From: Amoebidium appalachense
Taxonomy: Eukaryota; Protista; Ichthyosporea
DNA length: 64,000 nucleotides
NCBI GenBank assembly: GCA_963693365.1
Contig: CAVNZM010000009.1
Span: 5,882,545-5,946,544 of the forward strand
Direction of reading: 5' to 3'
Below are positions 50,812 through 61,888 of the stretch, piece after piece (the first letter of the stretch is position 1; the number at the start of each line of letters is the position of its first letter). Below the pieces are notes generated by a model. That model did not search any database. It had not been told where the DNA came from and saw only the letters and a list, made by a program, of their open reading frames with translations. A program made the translations under genes and the position numbers.

Positions 50812-51912
50812 GTCATTACTTTCCTGTATTATCCTTTATGCTACTTCAAGTTTTATACCCTACCGCTTACACAGGATGTAGGCTGGTGAAAGGTTTAATG
50901 GTGGGACGTTCGGTGACGTTTTTACCACGGACCACGGGTTGTGAGGTGCTAAAAACGTGAGGACCACTTGTTATGGCCGTTGCCCTTCTCAATCTTGGTA
51001 CGGAAATGCACCCATATTATACTGCAAATGTATTGTATATGACGTGTGTATATCGTACAGGTACTGGTAGTATATTGATAGTACCTCCTACGTAATGATT
51101 TGTTCGCATTCGAACATACTGGCAGTATATACTGAGACTATAACCAATATATGGTGTCCTTAGCTGTGTCCGTATTGGTGACAGTATTATAGATGTATTC
51201 GTGACATTGCCAATACCACTTGTGCCTTAGATATTCGCAATAGGATTTCACATCACTCACTCGTGCTTGCCATATGCCCCCCGTGTCCGTGGAGTGCAGG
51301 CCGTCGTGCCTGCACCCAAGGGGCTGGCCGAGGCGGGGGCCGCCAGGGGGGGTCCATGCCATGAGCCCCCCCCGCACCAGCCGGGGCTGGGCCCCGCCTC
51401 GACATGCTTTATTGCCGCTGCAATCGGGCTGTGAGCCAGTCACAGTCGCATACGTACACCGTCATGTATACAGACTGAGAGGTGGGTGGGTGGGAGCCGC
51501 CGTGTGCTAGCCACCGAAAACGCAATCGTGCTAACAAAAACCGTACGTGCAGCACACGGCGAAAACGAAGGTGGCCTGCATCTGCAGTGTGCTGCGCCGG
51601 AAATACCGGCGCTGGTGGCGCCTGACGTCAGGCGCTGCGCCAGACCGATGTCAGCCGCCGCTGCGGCTGCGCCTGGCGCCGCGGCCCGTGACGTCATGGG
51701 CCGCCCGGCTGCCTGCGCCCGAAGTGATCCGTGAAACATCTTTCATCTGCTGCGCATATGAAACGTACATTCACATCACTCACTCGTGCTTGCCTCATGC
51801 CCCCCGTGTCCGTGGAGTGCAGGCCGTCGTGCCTGCACCCAAGGGGCTGGCCGAGGCGGGGGCCGCCAGGGGGGGTCCATGCCATGAGCCCCCCCCGCAC
51901 CACAAGGCCCCC

Positions 51913-53031
51913 CTACTGCGATGTAGGGGGTCCGCCCCAAGGTCCCGTGGCGAGGCCCTGGTGTGACCAGACGGTGGCAATGGAGGCTTGCACGTCGCGG
52001 TGGGGCAGCCGGATGTAGACCATGAATGCGTCTGATGCCCAGCGGCCAAGGGCTTTGATGGTGGCGTCAGGTAGGCCCGCTCTCTCAGCTGCAGTGGCCC
52101 CCCCTATGCGCAGGCTGTGGCCGGCGTACCGGTCGGGGTCGTAGCCCGCATGGTGTAGAGCTGTGCGGAAACCGGCGATGAAGGTGCTCTTGAGGTAAGG
52201 GCTGCCGTCGACGCTGAACAGGGGTGCATCTGGGTGGATGCCTGCCCTGGTTGACGAGACCCCCAGGAAGAGGGCTAGATTGGCTGCGGGGCAGAAGGAA
52301 GGCTCCTCCGGGAAGGCGGGCACCCGGATGGTAACACCCTTGCCCGTGGGGTCGGTCTTAGATGTCGGCAGGAAGACTGTTGCCCCAATCAGGCGGCCAT
52401 CCTGCCATAGGAGCTGGACGTCGCGACGCTTGGCGTGAAGGAGGGGGTTGAACTTGGCCGCAGATTTGGACGTGAACTCGCCCGAGCGCAGGAGGCACGA
52501 GCTGCCAAGCAGCAGGGCAGCCCACAGACGCAGGGCCTCCAATGAAGAGCCCGGTTGGATGACTGGGAGGAGGGCGCGGAGGTCGGCTGGGAGGAGGGGC
52601 TCGAGCACTCGTTTGGGCCGGTGGCTGCCTTCCAGCAGCAGGAAGCGGCCAGCCCCGCGGATAAACCACTGAAGGCTCTGCTGGCCGGAGCCCGCTGGTG
52701 GTGCCATGCCCAAGCTGCGGTGCAGGCTGTTGACGGCGGAGACGATGCTGGGCATGGTCCGGGCTTGCACCGCACGCATGGCGCACCAGGCAAGGAACAG
52801 CTGCACTTGGGCTGGGCAGGCTGGCAGGTAGCCACCATCAGGATTGCGGCAGTCCATTGCGTAGATGAAGTCGATAAACTGGCGCTGGTAGGACGAGTAG
52901 GAGGACTCCGTGCTGTCGCCCACTGACAGCCGAGTGATGGTGCGGGCCACCTCCGGGACACGGGCCAAAACCTCGGGGGTGAACCACTGGGCAAGCCTAC
53001 CATGGTCGCCACCAAAGGGGAGCAAGCCACC
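51913..53031 (-). CDS. Tyrosine recombinase of the Ngaro element (no ATG; begins after a CTGCAG acceptor)
   Basis: Uninterrupted 370-aa frame with LLRSGEF, SKTD, HSLRIGGAT and GRWASDAFMVYIR (R-H-R-Y catalytic set). Confidence 0.92.
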   Translation of the reverse strand, partial: GGLLPFGGDHGRLAQWFTPEVLARVPEVARTITRLSVGDSTESSYSSYQRQFIDFIYAMDCRNPDGGYLPACPAQVQLFLAWCAMRAVQARTMPSIVSAVNSLHRSLGMAPPAGSGQQSLQWFIRGAGRFLLLEGSHRPKRVLEPLLPADLRALLPVIQPGSSLEALRLWAALLLGSSCLLRSGEFTSKSAAKFNPLLHAKRRDVQLLWQDGRLIGATVFLPTSKTDPTGKGVTIRVPAFPEEPSFCPAANLALFLGVSSTRAGIHPDAPLFSVDGSPYLKSTFIAGFRTALHHAGYDPDRYAGHSLRIGGATAAERAGLPDATIKALGRWASDAFMVYIRLPHRDVQASIATVWSHQGLATGPWGGPPTSQ

Positions 53032-53397
53032 TGCAGGGACAGAGCTGTGTGAGCATCATGCCTAGAGTCCCAGGGGGGGGGGGGTGGGGGGGGGGTAAAG
53101 GCAACGAGCGGGGTGGGCGGCAGGCAAGCGGGTGCACAGGCAGGCAAACAAAGGGGGGGAGGGGGGGGGGGGGGCGTAGCTAAAGGGCAGAGGATGCATG
53201 CAGCGCTGGCAGGGAGGGCGGGGGAAGGGGAGGGGGGGGTATGCGCGCACAAGCCGCGGTGTAGGCGTGCGGGTGTGTGCGCTAGTGTAGTGGGTGTGTA
53301 TGAGCATGTGTGTGTAACACCGAGGTTAAGCATGCACGATCGAAGGGGCGGGTGGAGGGGTGGCAGGGTGGGGCTGGGGGGGTTGGGGGGAGGGGAA

Positions 53398-53431
<34 letters not shown>

Positions 53432-53723
53432 GACACGCCACAAGCAGTTGGCACTGCGGGCCAGCACAGAACAAAGAGGCACACCGTGTGTACACCGTAA
53501 GACCGTAATGTATTGTCCCAAACACTCCACCGGGTGAGTGAGGGAATCTGAGCGAATTCGTGTAGTGGGGGGGGGCCGGCCCCGGCCGCCACTGCAGAAC
53601 ATGACTCGTGCGATATACAAAGTGGGAAGGGGGGAAGGGGGGGGTGTCGGTGCCCCCCACAGCCCACACGCCAAGCCCAATACGAAGGCAAAGGAACAGG
53701 GGAGGGGGCTCGGCCCAGCCCCA

Positions 53724-55603
53724 TCACGAGAGAGGGGCAGCAAACCACCCCGCTAGCCACTCAGGCACGGGTGTTGGGACTGGTGCGTGCCACGGGTGCA
53801 GCCGGTCGAAAGTGGCCCACTGTGCTCGCGAGATGGCATCCGCAATCGAGTTTTCCACGCCAGGGATGTGCTTGGCCGAGACCAGCACCGTGTAGCGCAT
53901 TCCATCAGCGTGATGAGACGCAGCACCCGGGCAATGGCAGGGACGGGGGAGTGACGGGACGCGATCGTAGATACTGCACCGTCGTTATCGGTGAGCACGC
54001 GTATGTGGCTGTTGCGACAGCTGGGACCCCAACAGGCCAGGGCCACGGCACTGCCAGCCAGCTCAAACAGCACGGAAGCCCACACATCTCCGCCAGCAAT
54101 GACCGTGCGCCAATGGTCCGTCCATGCTAGGTGAAACCACGCTTGACCCCAGTAGCCACCGCATCCTATGCTGCCGGCCGCATCTGTGGTGAACATGTGA
54201 TGCACGGGGGGGGTAAGCACACGTATGCCGTTCCACTCGGGGAGGAACTCCGACCACAGCACAACATCGGCTCGTGCGTCGGCGCAGACACGGATGTGGT
54301 GGTGGGGCCCTAGGCCGGCCCTCTCAGCCTCCGCCAGCAGATGAAGCAAGCGTTGAAGAAAGGCACGGGCACGCCCCAGCGCCACAACCTGAGCACACCA
54401 CATGAGCTTGCCGCTCAGGGACCGTAGGTCTCGAACAGTGGCCTTGGTGCGACCCCGCCAATCGGCTAGCAGGGCCCGGAGCTCGGTCAGCTTGACGGCA
54501 GGTAAGCGGGCCTCCATGCGCAGAGTGTCCCACTCGAGCCCAGAGTAGATGAGCGTGTGTGAGGGCAGCTGCACTTTGTCGTCGGCAAGCGTAACACCCA
54601 CCTTCGAGCACACCCACCGAAACACCAGCATGTTGAAGGCGCACTCTTGCAGCGTACGGCCGCCGAAAAAGAAGTCGTCCACAAAATGCTGTGTCTCTGT
54701 GGCGTTGAGGGCGTGGGCGAAGTGCTGCAGGGCCTGAGCTATGCGTTCCCAGAACGCTGGGCTGGACCGCAAGCCAAACGGTAGGCGGGTCTCCACATAG
54801 AACGCGCCTAGCAGCTGGAACGACAGCAGTGGCTGGTCGTCTGGGTGCACCGGGCCGTGACGAAAGGCACCCTTCACGTCGTATGCCCCGAGGAAGCAGC
54901 CCTGGCCGAGCCGAGCTACTGTTTGCATCACCGTGCGGATGGTGATGTACTCCAGCTGATCCGGGTAATCGACCCCATCGTTGATACTGGAGCCACGCGG
55001 GAAGGAAAGGTCGTGGATGCGGCGGACGCCCGTGCCGCCCTTTTTGGGAACTGCCCCGAGGGGCGAGGATACAAAATAAGGATAAAGGGCCACCATCTCG
55101 TCGCGGGTGAAGGGGCCCAGGATGTGGCCGCATGCCACTTCCTTCGCAATGTCGGCTGCAAGCTGCTCACGGGCCGCCAGCGCGGACGGGTGGTTTCGGC
55201 CCACCCGGGTGACCCGCTCGCCGAAGTAACCGACCGAGAAGCCCAGCTCTAAGTCGCGGAGCAGAGCCTGCTGAAACGCACTGTCGGGGTGCGGAAACAA
55301 CTCAAACAAACGGCGGAAGTTGGGGACAGATACTGTCTGTGGTGGTGCCACTGGGGGGGGTGACCATGGGCCCCGCAGGGCAACGGAGAGGGCAGGCCCA
55401 GCGCTGACGTCAGCCCCTGCCCGAAAGGGGGCTGGGCCCCCTAAGCCGGGTTGGCCCCCCCTTCCCCCGCCCCGTTGGCTGGGTTGGGAGGGCAGGCGTG
55501 TGCGCCGTGCGCCGCTGAGCCGCACTTCAGGCAGGCGTGCTTGTAGCGGCAAGGGTTGGGTCCCTTCCTGGTGCAGCCCTTGGCCGTGTTGAAGCCCCGG
55601 CAT
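53724..55603 (-). CDS. Ngaro reverse transcriptase/RNase H (frameshift near the C-terminus, ~53885)
   Basis: SPLGAVPKK..RRIHDLSFP, DVKGAFR, LPFGLRSSP, FVDDF, GLEWD; RNase H TDAAG, EL, TDN; HIPGVENSIADAISR in the adjacent frame. Confidence 0.9.
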
Positions 55604-56502
55604 ATCTCATCCGCAGCAGGGGCCGGGCTGGCGCGAGGGCTGGCTGTGGCCCCCCCAGAGGCAGGCTGCCGGGGTGTGCGGGGAGCGGTGGGTGCCTGGT
55701 GCAGGCGGGCACCAGACAGGGACACGGCCAGCTGCACAGCGTCGGGTGCGTCGAGTGGGCGGCCAGAGGCAGCGCACGACCGGCGGTGTGCATCCTCCCA
55801 GCGCATGATGGCAGCCCACTGGTACTCGGGTGCCAACTCAGTGGCCACAAACTCGGCGTGGGCCAGCAGGGCCGTGACGGGGGCGTCGGCGTTGATGCGT
55901 AGGCGTAGCAGCTGCAAGATGCAGCGCAGGTAGGTCTGCAGGTCCGGGCACAGGGCGGGCTGGCGCTGGGTGCCAGGCGTCTGCAGCACAACCGTGCCAG
56001 CAGGCAGGCCAGGCAGGGAAACCGGCTGGCGCTGCGTGTGGACAGAAGAGCCCGTGGGCGGCAGCAGGTCGAGCAAAGCGAAATGCTGCATAGGCTCGAA
56101 GATGGCAGCCCCCCGGACCTCCGGGGACAGGTGGGGGCAGGGTGGGTTCGACTGGCTGCGCTGGCTGGCCCCCCAAACGGCCAGTTGCAGGGCATTGGGC
56201 GGCGGAGGCAGCTGGTGCATGTCGCCGCCCTGAGGGTCCTCCTCACGGGGGCGCTTGTTGGCGTTGCCGGGGGGTTGCTCTACAGCATCCACGGCCCCCG
56301 CCGCAGCGGCAGGGGGCCCCGTGACAGGGGGGTTCCTACCGGTTCCGCCCCCGCCAAGGTTGACGAGGTGGGGGAAGGCGCGCAGGAGAAGATCTTGCTG
56401 GGAAGGGGGGGGCCGGGCTGGCCTGCAGGGCCTGACGGGTCGCGTTGGCCACCTCAGAAGCAAACATGCGAATGGTCGCTGCCAGCTCAGGGGTCAGGGC
56501 AA

Positions 56503-56553
<51 letters not shown>

Positions 56554-56626
56554 CGTCCTGCACAGGAGGGCGCGCCTCCTGCCCTGCCTGTGCTGCAGGG
56601 CCATTGTCTGTTGGGTCTACTTCCAT
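55441..56626 (-). CDS. Ngaro gag-like ORF1 with poly-Q and C-terminal zinc fingers (frameshift in C-run near 56405)
   Basis: ATG at 56626 (MEVDP..QQQQ); CRGFNTAKGC..CRYKHACLKCGSAAHGAHAC; overlaps the RT frame as is usual for YR elements. Confidence 0.82.
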
Positions 56627-57837
56627 ACTTGAGCCGCCGTGTGCTAGCCACCGAAAACGCAATCGTGCTAACAAAAACCGTACGTGCAGCACACGGCGAA
56701 AACGAAGGTGGCCTGCATCTGCAGTGTGCTGCGCCGGAAATACCGGCGCTGGTGGCGCCTGACGTCAGGCGCTGCGCCAGACCGATGTCAGCCGCCGCTG
56801 CGGCTGCGCCTGGCGCCGCGGCCCGTGACGTCATGGGCCGCCCGGCTGCCTGCGCCCGAAGTGATCCGTGAAACATCTTTCATCTGCTGCGCATATGAAA
56901 CGTACAAAAAGTTTTCTTGCTATATCATGTTTATGTCCTACTAATATGGATGTGATATGGGTAGGATATGATCTACATAATGTCAGTATATGTCCACCCT
57001 AATACCACGGTATTGGCAATGTACTGCGCATACAAGGACTACACTCCGAACATGTTTGTTGAACATGTGTTGGCAATACATTCACAATATTGCAACTACA
57101 TAGGTAAAGTGACCTGTTCTTTCATCCCCAATATTGTACCAATATATTGGCAATAAAATACACGCCCCATATTTTCGGTTGCTTTTACCTATTGATAATA
57201 GGTGCATAATAGTCTTGATATTGTGACGGATACATTGGCAATACATTTGGACCGTATTGAGACCCTATTATAAGCATATCACAACCCTATAACCAATAGC
57301 GACGTTATGTTTGTATCGGCCATATGGGACATATGTGTTGGGTATATTGCCAATAACCCAAAATGGTCAGGAATAATACATTCATAATATATTGGCAATA
57401 GTCTTGCCACGTTGGACAATACCATAATTTGACACAAAATTATCCTACATTTTATATATTCATAACTTATTGACAATACTCCGCAAGCAATAGTATAATA
57501 CCGAATAAATACATTGACAATATCGAAATTGTATTGTTAATAGGCACACGTACACGCGTTTTGAGATATTGCCAGTACATTACTCATACGGTATATAGTT
57601 ATTGGTGGTAGACCCGGCATGGTATGACAATAATATCAAAATATGTTGCCGATATTACGTCAATATTACAGTTCTATTACACTTCTATAGCGTCTCTACC
57701 ACAGAAAATCTCTACTCGCAATACATTGGCAATGGATAATTGATATTACTTCAGTATTAATTTGGTATTTTTACGATATTGGCAATAGATAATAGCCTCA
57801 CAATATTGGCAATACCGCCGGGAAGTTTGCTGATGCT

Positions 57838-58230
57838 GCACGAGCTAAGTCGATCGGCTCACACTAATATATTTATCCAAGTCTCACCCCTCTCCCTTCC
57901 CCTAGTGGCACCGCAGAGTCTAAATCTACATTTCATACTATCCCCCCCCCCCCCCCCCCCCCTCCCTCCCTCCCCCCTTTCCTCTACATCGAAATATATA
58001 AATATGTTTGGCAGCATACACTATCAAAACTTGCCAATATTTACAAAGGGCTTCTGCCCGAACTTATCACATTCCAAAGTCCTCCTATGATCTATCCTAC
58101 ACACTAATTAGAATTCTATTGGTTGGCTGCCCCGGCTGACGTGGTCCTGCCAGTGCGCCGGCAGAGGCAAGATGCATGCAGCTGTACAGCTATCTTGAGG
58201 CCCCGGACTTGATCTTGATGATCTGTGGAC

Positions 58231-58280
<50 letters not shown>

Positions 58281-58331
58281 ATCTCGATCGTAGACTTAGG
58301 CTGATCTGCTGAGACGGATTAGTATATGTCA
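57838..58331 (-). repeat. Gypsy copy 2 5' LTR, outer part
   Basis: Continues 32315-32572 exactly across the CT TSD; ends GTATATGTCA. Confidence 0.9.
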
Positions 58332-59984
58332 ATATGCACACACGTTGCCTCCGTGGCTCCGGCTGCAGGTGCCCACGCGCGCTGTGTGTGCTACCTAAAG
58401 GAGTGGTTTGGCCATGATGCAGGCTGGTGTGCAGACATACAGTGTCACTGTGGAGTCTGTGACACGTGCTTGTGCACCTCTCTCTCCGAGGCTCTCTCTC
58501 AGTCTGCCTCCATGGTGACGGAGTCGAATTCAATACCGATGAAGACGATACGGGTAGCCGGGCCTCTGCATCTTGTCTTCGGAGATGGCAATGTGCAGCT
58601 CTCGGCAGAGTTGCAGGAAGGTGGATAGAGTGACGTTGGCACTGCTCTTGGGTGGACAGGGCGACTATAATCCAGTCGTCTACGTAGTGGCGGATGAGGG
58701 TAACACCGTGCTGGTGTGCCAGCCACTGGAGGGTGGCCGTGTCATGTGCTGAGCTGATTCGTATTAGTTTGCTTCTATATTTTGTGTTTCGGTGAGTGAA
58801 TTGCGGGGTTTTTCTTGCATAATGATGCCGGGGTCTAAGTGGAGTATGAGGAGATTATTCAGTGGTATGGGGAGAATCTGATGCAGCGGCGGCTGATTGT
58901 TTGGTGCGCGCGTGCATGCCCCATGCCTCTGCGTACTCTCCATGTGAAATGTTGTATTGCTTCTTGCTGTGTGCTTGGCGAGACCCATGTCCTGCTCGCG
59001 TGTGTGTATGCTTATATGGATTGTGAGTAAACGTGTGTACGTGTTGTAGTGCTGTAGGGGTGTCTGAGGGGGCGGTAGCCAATGGTGTGGAGTGCGTGTA
59101 TTCATCTGTGGGGGAGGGAGTGTTGTGATTGGCTAATGTCACTGTGGTATTTGTCTGGCCAGTGGGCCGCGTGTCTGTGAAGTGTCTCGCGGGGTCGCGG
59201 ACTCTTTCCCAGGCACCTGCGACAACTGCAAGGAGCGGGGGCACACATACGCGTGGTGTAAACAGCCCCGTCGTGGGGGACGTCGGTGACGGTGTTGCAG
59301 GTATGAAGGTTTTATTAGGGAGTAGGCCGTCTCTTGGGTTGTTGTTGTTGTATGGGAGTTGTGTGGTGTTATTTTTAGGCGAGTTTTCTACTGGTGCCTG
59401 GCGTTTTCGACGTGTATGAGTCCTGTGTTGGCGACGTGTGTGGTTAGGGTCAGTGGAATAGAAAGTCCTGCTGCTGTCTGGGAGCTCGGCCCTCTGACGA
59501 GGGGGCTGGGGGGGGTCGAGGTGTAGTCATGGCAGTGGCAGGCCCCCACTGTTGTGAACCCCCGTCGTCAAAGGGCCTGCCAGTGGTGCTGAGGCCCCTT
59601 GGAGTGGCTGCCCTGGGCCTGGTGTTGAGGCCCTTTGGAATGGCTGCCCGTAGTGTTGTTGAGTAGTGTTGTGGTGCCCAGTGCAGCAGTAGGCCTTAGA
59701 CACACCGCTGGGTAGAGCACGGTTGGGGCGGAGGCATTCCCAAACCACCGGGACCTACGTAGTAGGAGTCTTCAAAGTTTGTCGGGTAGAGGAATGGCCA
59801 GCAAGAGAGTCTGGAGGTGTACGTCACATGAGTCTGGAGGACGTGTTCGTCAGTGGCATGTTAGGTTTTGCTAGGAATTCTTTGTGGATGGGGCATGCTG
59901 AGTGTGGTTGTATGGATGGCGTCTGGTATCATGTCTGTTGCTATAACGGTTCCACTCGATTATAATTATAACATGGTGCAAGGG
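58332..59984 (-). pseudogene. Heavily decayed DIRS/Ngaro-like retrotransposon remnant
   Basis: Minus-strand LIRHYVDDWIIVA (~58660-58698) and GPATRIVFIGIEFDSVTMEA (~58505-58563) match YR-element RT motifs; extent beyond ~58800 is inferred. Confidence 0.6.
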
Positions 59985-60987
59985 TGTCGTAACCTAATGT
60001 ATGTGTACTAGAGACGCGGCACTCTACTAAGTGTACACACACGAAAAGGAACGAACGTGTACAGAAAAACGGTAAAGTTTATTCAGACCAGGCTCCGACG
60101 GGCAAACTTAGATCCGTACGGAATCACACTAAGTTACCACTGAGGCCATCAAGGCCGTGCCCTCAAAGATCATCATCACCTGGCCCCCTACGATGCCACA
60201 TTCCAAACATTCCGATCTACTTTTATCGTGCGCCTGCACGAGCTAAGTCGATCTACTCAACTAATATATTTATCCATGTCTCACCCCTCACCCTCCCCTT
60301 AGTGGCACCGCAGAGTCTAAATCTACATTTCATACTATCCTCCCCCCCCCCTCCCACCCCCCTTTCCTCTACATCTAAATATATAAATACGTTTGGCAAC
60401 ATACACTATCAAACCTTGCCAATACTTACAAAATGGCTTCTGCCCGAACAATCACATTCCTAAGTCCTCCTACGATCTATCCTACACACTAATTAGAATT
60501 CTATTGGTCGGCTGTCCCAGCTGACGTGGTCCTGCCCTGCGCCGGCAGAGGCAAGATGATGCACGCAGCTGCACAGCTATCTTGAGGCCCCGGACTTGAT
60601 CTTGATGATCTGTGGACCCGGGCCACCCCCCCCCCCCCCCCCGATCTCGATCGTAGACTTAGGCTAATCTGCTGAGACGGATTAGTATATGTCAACTCCC
60701 CCCCCGGCCCCCGGAAAAGCTGAGTCCCACCTCAGTCACATTACATCTAACACCCCCTAAAAAGACATAGACTAATCAGTCTCCTAAAAAAATTAAATTA
60801 AATAAATTACGAAGAAAAATAATAAATTAATCTACACCATAAGCTTGATACCTACGGAGACACCTATGATAATAAATTAAATTCCTACGACTACGTTCAC
60901 ACTCCTCCGCGGTCTCCTCCCCCCCCCTCCCCCTCCCCGGCCCCGTGTGTCTACGTGTATTTGCATCACTCCCCCCCCGGCCCCCTC
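59985..60987 (-). mobile_element. Gypsy copy 3, 3' end: LTR 59985-60694, PPT and 3' internal region, interrupted by the TRIM array
   Basis: Reverse complement of about 24257-25279. Confidence 0.92.
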
Positions 60988-61846
60988 TGTTGGAAGTAGA
61001 GTCCGCTGTGACTAGGGTCGTCGTGGCGCGCTTGGGCGCTGACCCGTTTTTTTACTGCTTTCAGTGTGTTAACTCCATGACTGAACTCCATGACTTAACT
61101 CCATGACTTAACTCCATGACTGAACTCCATGTCTGAACTCCATGACTTAACTCCATGACTGAACTCCATGACTTAACTCCATGACTGAACTCCATGTCTG
61201 AACTCCATGTCTGCACCTGGCAGAGACGTGGCTTATATACCCGTGGGGCAGCAGTCTGGAATGTAATCCGGATGCCAGGTGCTAATCGGATTGGTTACTT
61301 TCATTTAGAGATCTCTGGGACCAGTGAACCAATCGTTTGCAGTCAAAACACAATTGGCAACATTCCTCAACTATGCAGATGTGCATGTGGTGATCGAGTG
61401 TCAGCGTGTGTCTGTGTACACGGAACCAATTGTAAAGCTAACATACACATATTGTGGAGTGAGCGTAAGTCTGCACTCCAACACCCCTACCCAATTGGAG
61501 AAGTGTACACACCACTGTAGAGAAGAGAGAGTGAGTGTGGCTGCTTGCAGGGTAGACCGGGGTGTGCATTCCACTGTGGTGCGTGCCCCGCCAATGAAGT
61601 GGAATACTTGACGTTGATGTCGCAGGCTGCTGCGGATGGAGTTTGTGGAAGCGAAAGTCTCTACTTCACGGAAATACGCTCGCGGGTGTAGGGTACAGCC
61701 TAGAAGTCGGTTTCTGGGCTCCTCCGTTCAAGGCGTCGTAGGGGACGTGAAGTTAGAGGCCGCGGTGTCGTGTCTGGGCCCATAACCCTGTTGGAAGTAG
61801 AGTCCGCTGTGACTAGGGTCGTCGTGGCGCGCTTGGGCGCTGACCC

Positions 61847-61888
<42 letters not shown>

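Larger units (their letters stand above)
51247..56906 (-). mobile_element. Ngaro-type tyrosine-recombinase (YR) retrotransposon, complete
   Basis: Split direct repeats A1 (56631-56906), ORFs, B1 (51770-51902), A2 (51494-51769), B2 (51247-51379); A is 276 bp, B is 133 bp; no TSD; gag, RT/RH and YR present, no methyltransferase seen. Confidence 0.92.
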
